From Octopus sinensis (lineage: Eukaryota), in NCBI RefSeq assembly GCF_006345805.1, contig NC_043007.1, positions 43,152,001 through 43,216,000 of the forward strand: DNA of 64,000 nucleotides, written 5' to 3'. The position numbers were made by a program, and so were the translations under genes. The notes beneath the pieces are model-generated. The model had not been told where the DNA came from. It searched no databases and worked only from the letters and a program-made list of their open reading frames with translations. The first letter of the stretch is position 1, and each line of letters starts with the position of its first letter. Of the stretch, positions 63,831 through 64,000 are shown in pieces.

Positions 63831-64000
63831 CCTCGTTGCCCCCGTGCCGCTGACACGTTAAAATGCTCGAACCGATCGTGACGATGCCGGACCCTCCGGC
63901 CCCTGTGCAGGTGGCACGTAAAAAGCACCCAATCCACTCACGGAGTGGTTGGCGTTAGGAAGGGCATCCAGCCGTAGAAACTCTGCCAGATTCAGACTGG

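Larger units (their letters stand above)
62715..64000 (+). mobile_element. RTE-clade LINE, young, 5'-truncated, running off the window
   Basis: RT motifs LFIIVL, YADD (62781-62792), GLRINVAKTK, FRYLG; C-terminal GRGRPRKTW; CpG-rich 3' UTR. Confidence 0.92.

Overview
AT-rich, microsatellite-saturated animal DNA, most likely octopus (inferred from the SINE families). No intact protein-coding gene is recognisable; most of the ORF track is (TA)n/(CA)n noise. The window is a mosaic of mobile-element debris: two decayed DD37D (maT-type) Tc1/mariner elements; mariner, piggyBac and hAT MITEs; a Neptune-like Penelope-like element (PLE; RT plus GIY-YIG); the 5' end of a second PLE; a CR1-like endonuclease fragment; RTE LINE fragments; a Hero-like LINE end; and many tRNA-derived SINEs. 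Manual folding reveals about 19 type-I hammerhead ribozyme (HHR) motifs from about 11 sequence families, mostly beside (TA)n tracts. Several sit in fold-back pairs, and two lie in a 1.03-kb head-to-tail duplication. Other highlights are a PHD-type zinc finger inside an RTE reverse transcriptase, a perfect RFX X-box in unique sequence, and three weak candidate minus-strand exons. All calls were made by eye. TIR, TSD and ribozyme coordinates were counted; SINE and LINE boundaries are approximate.
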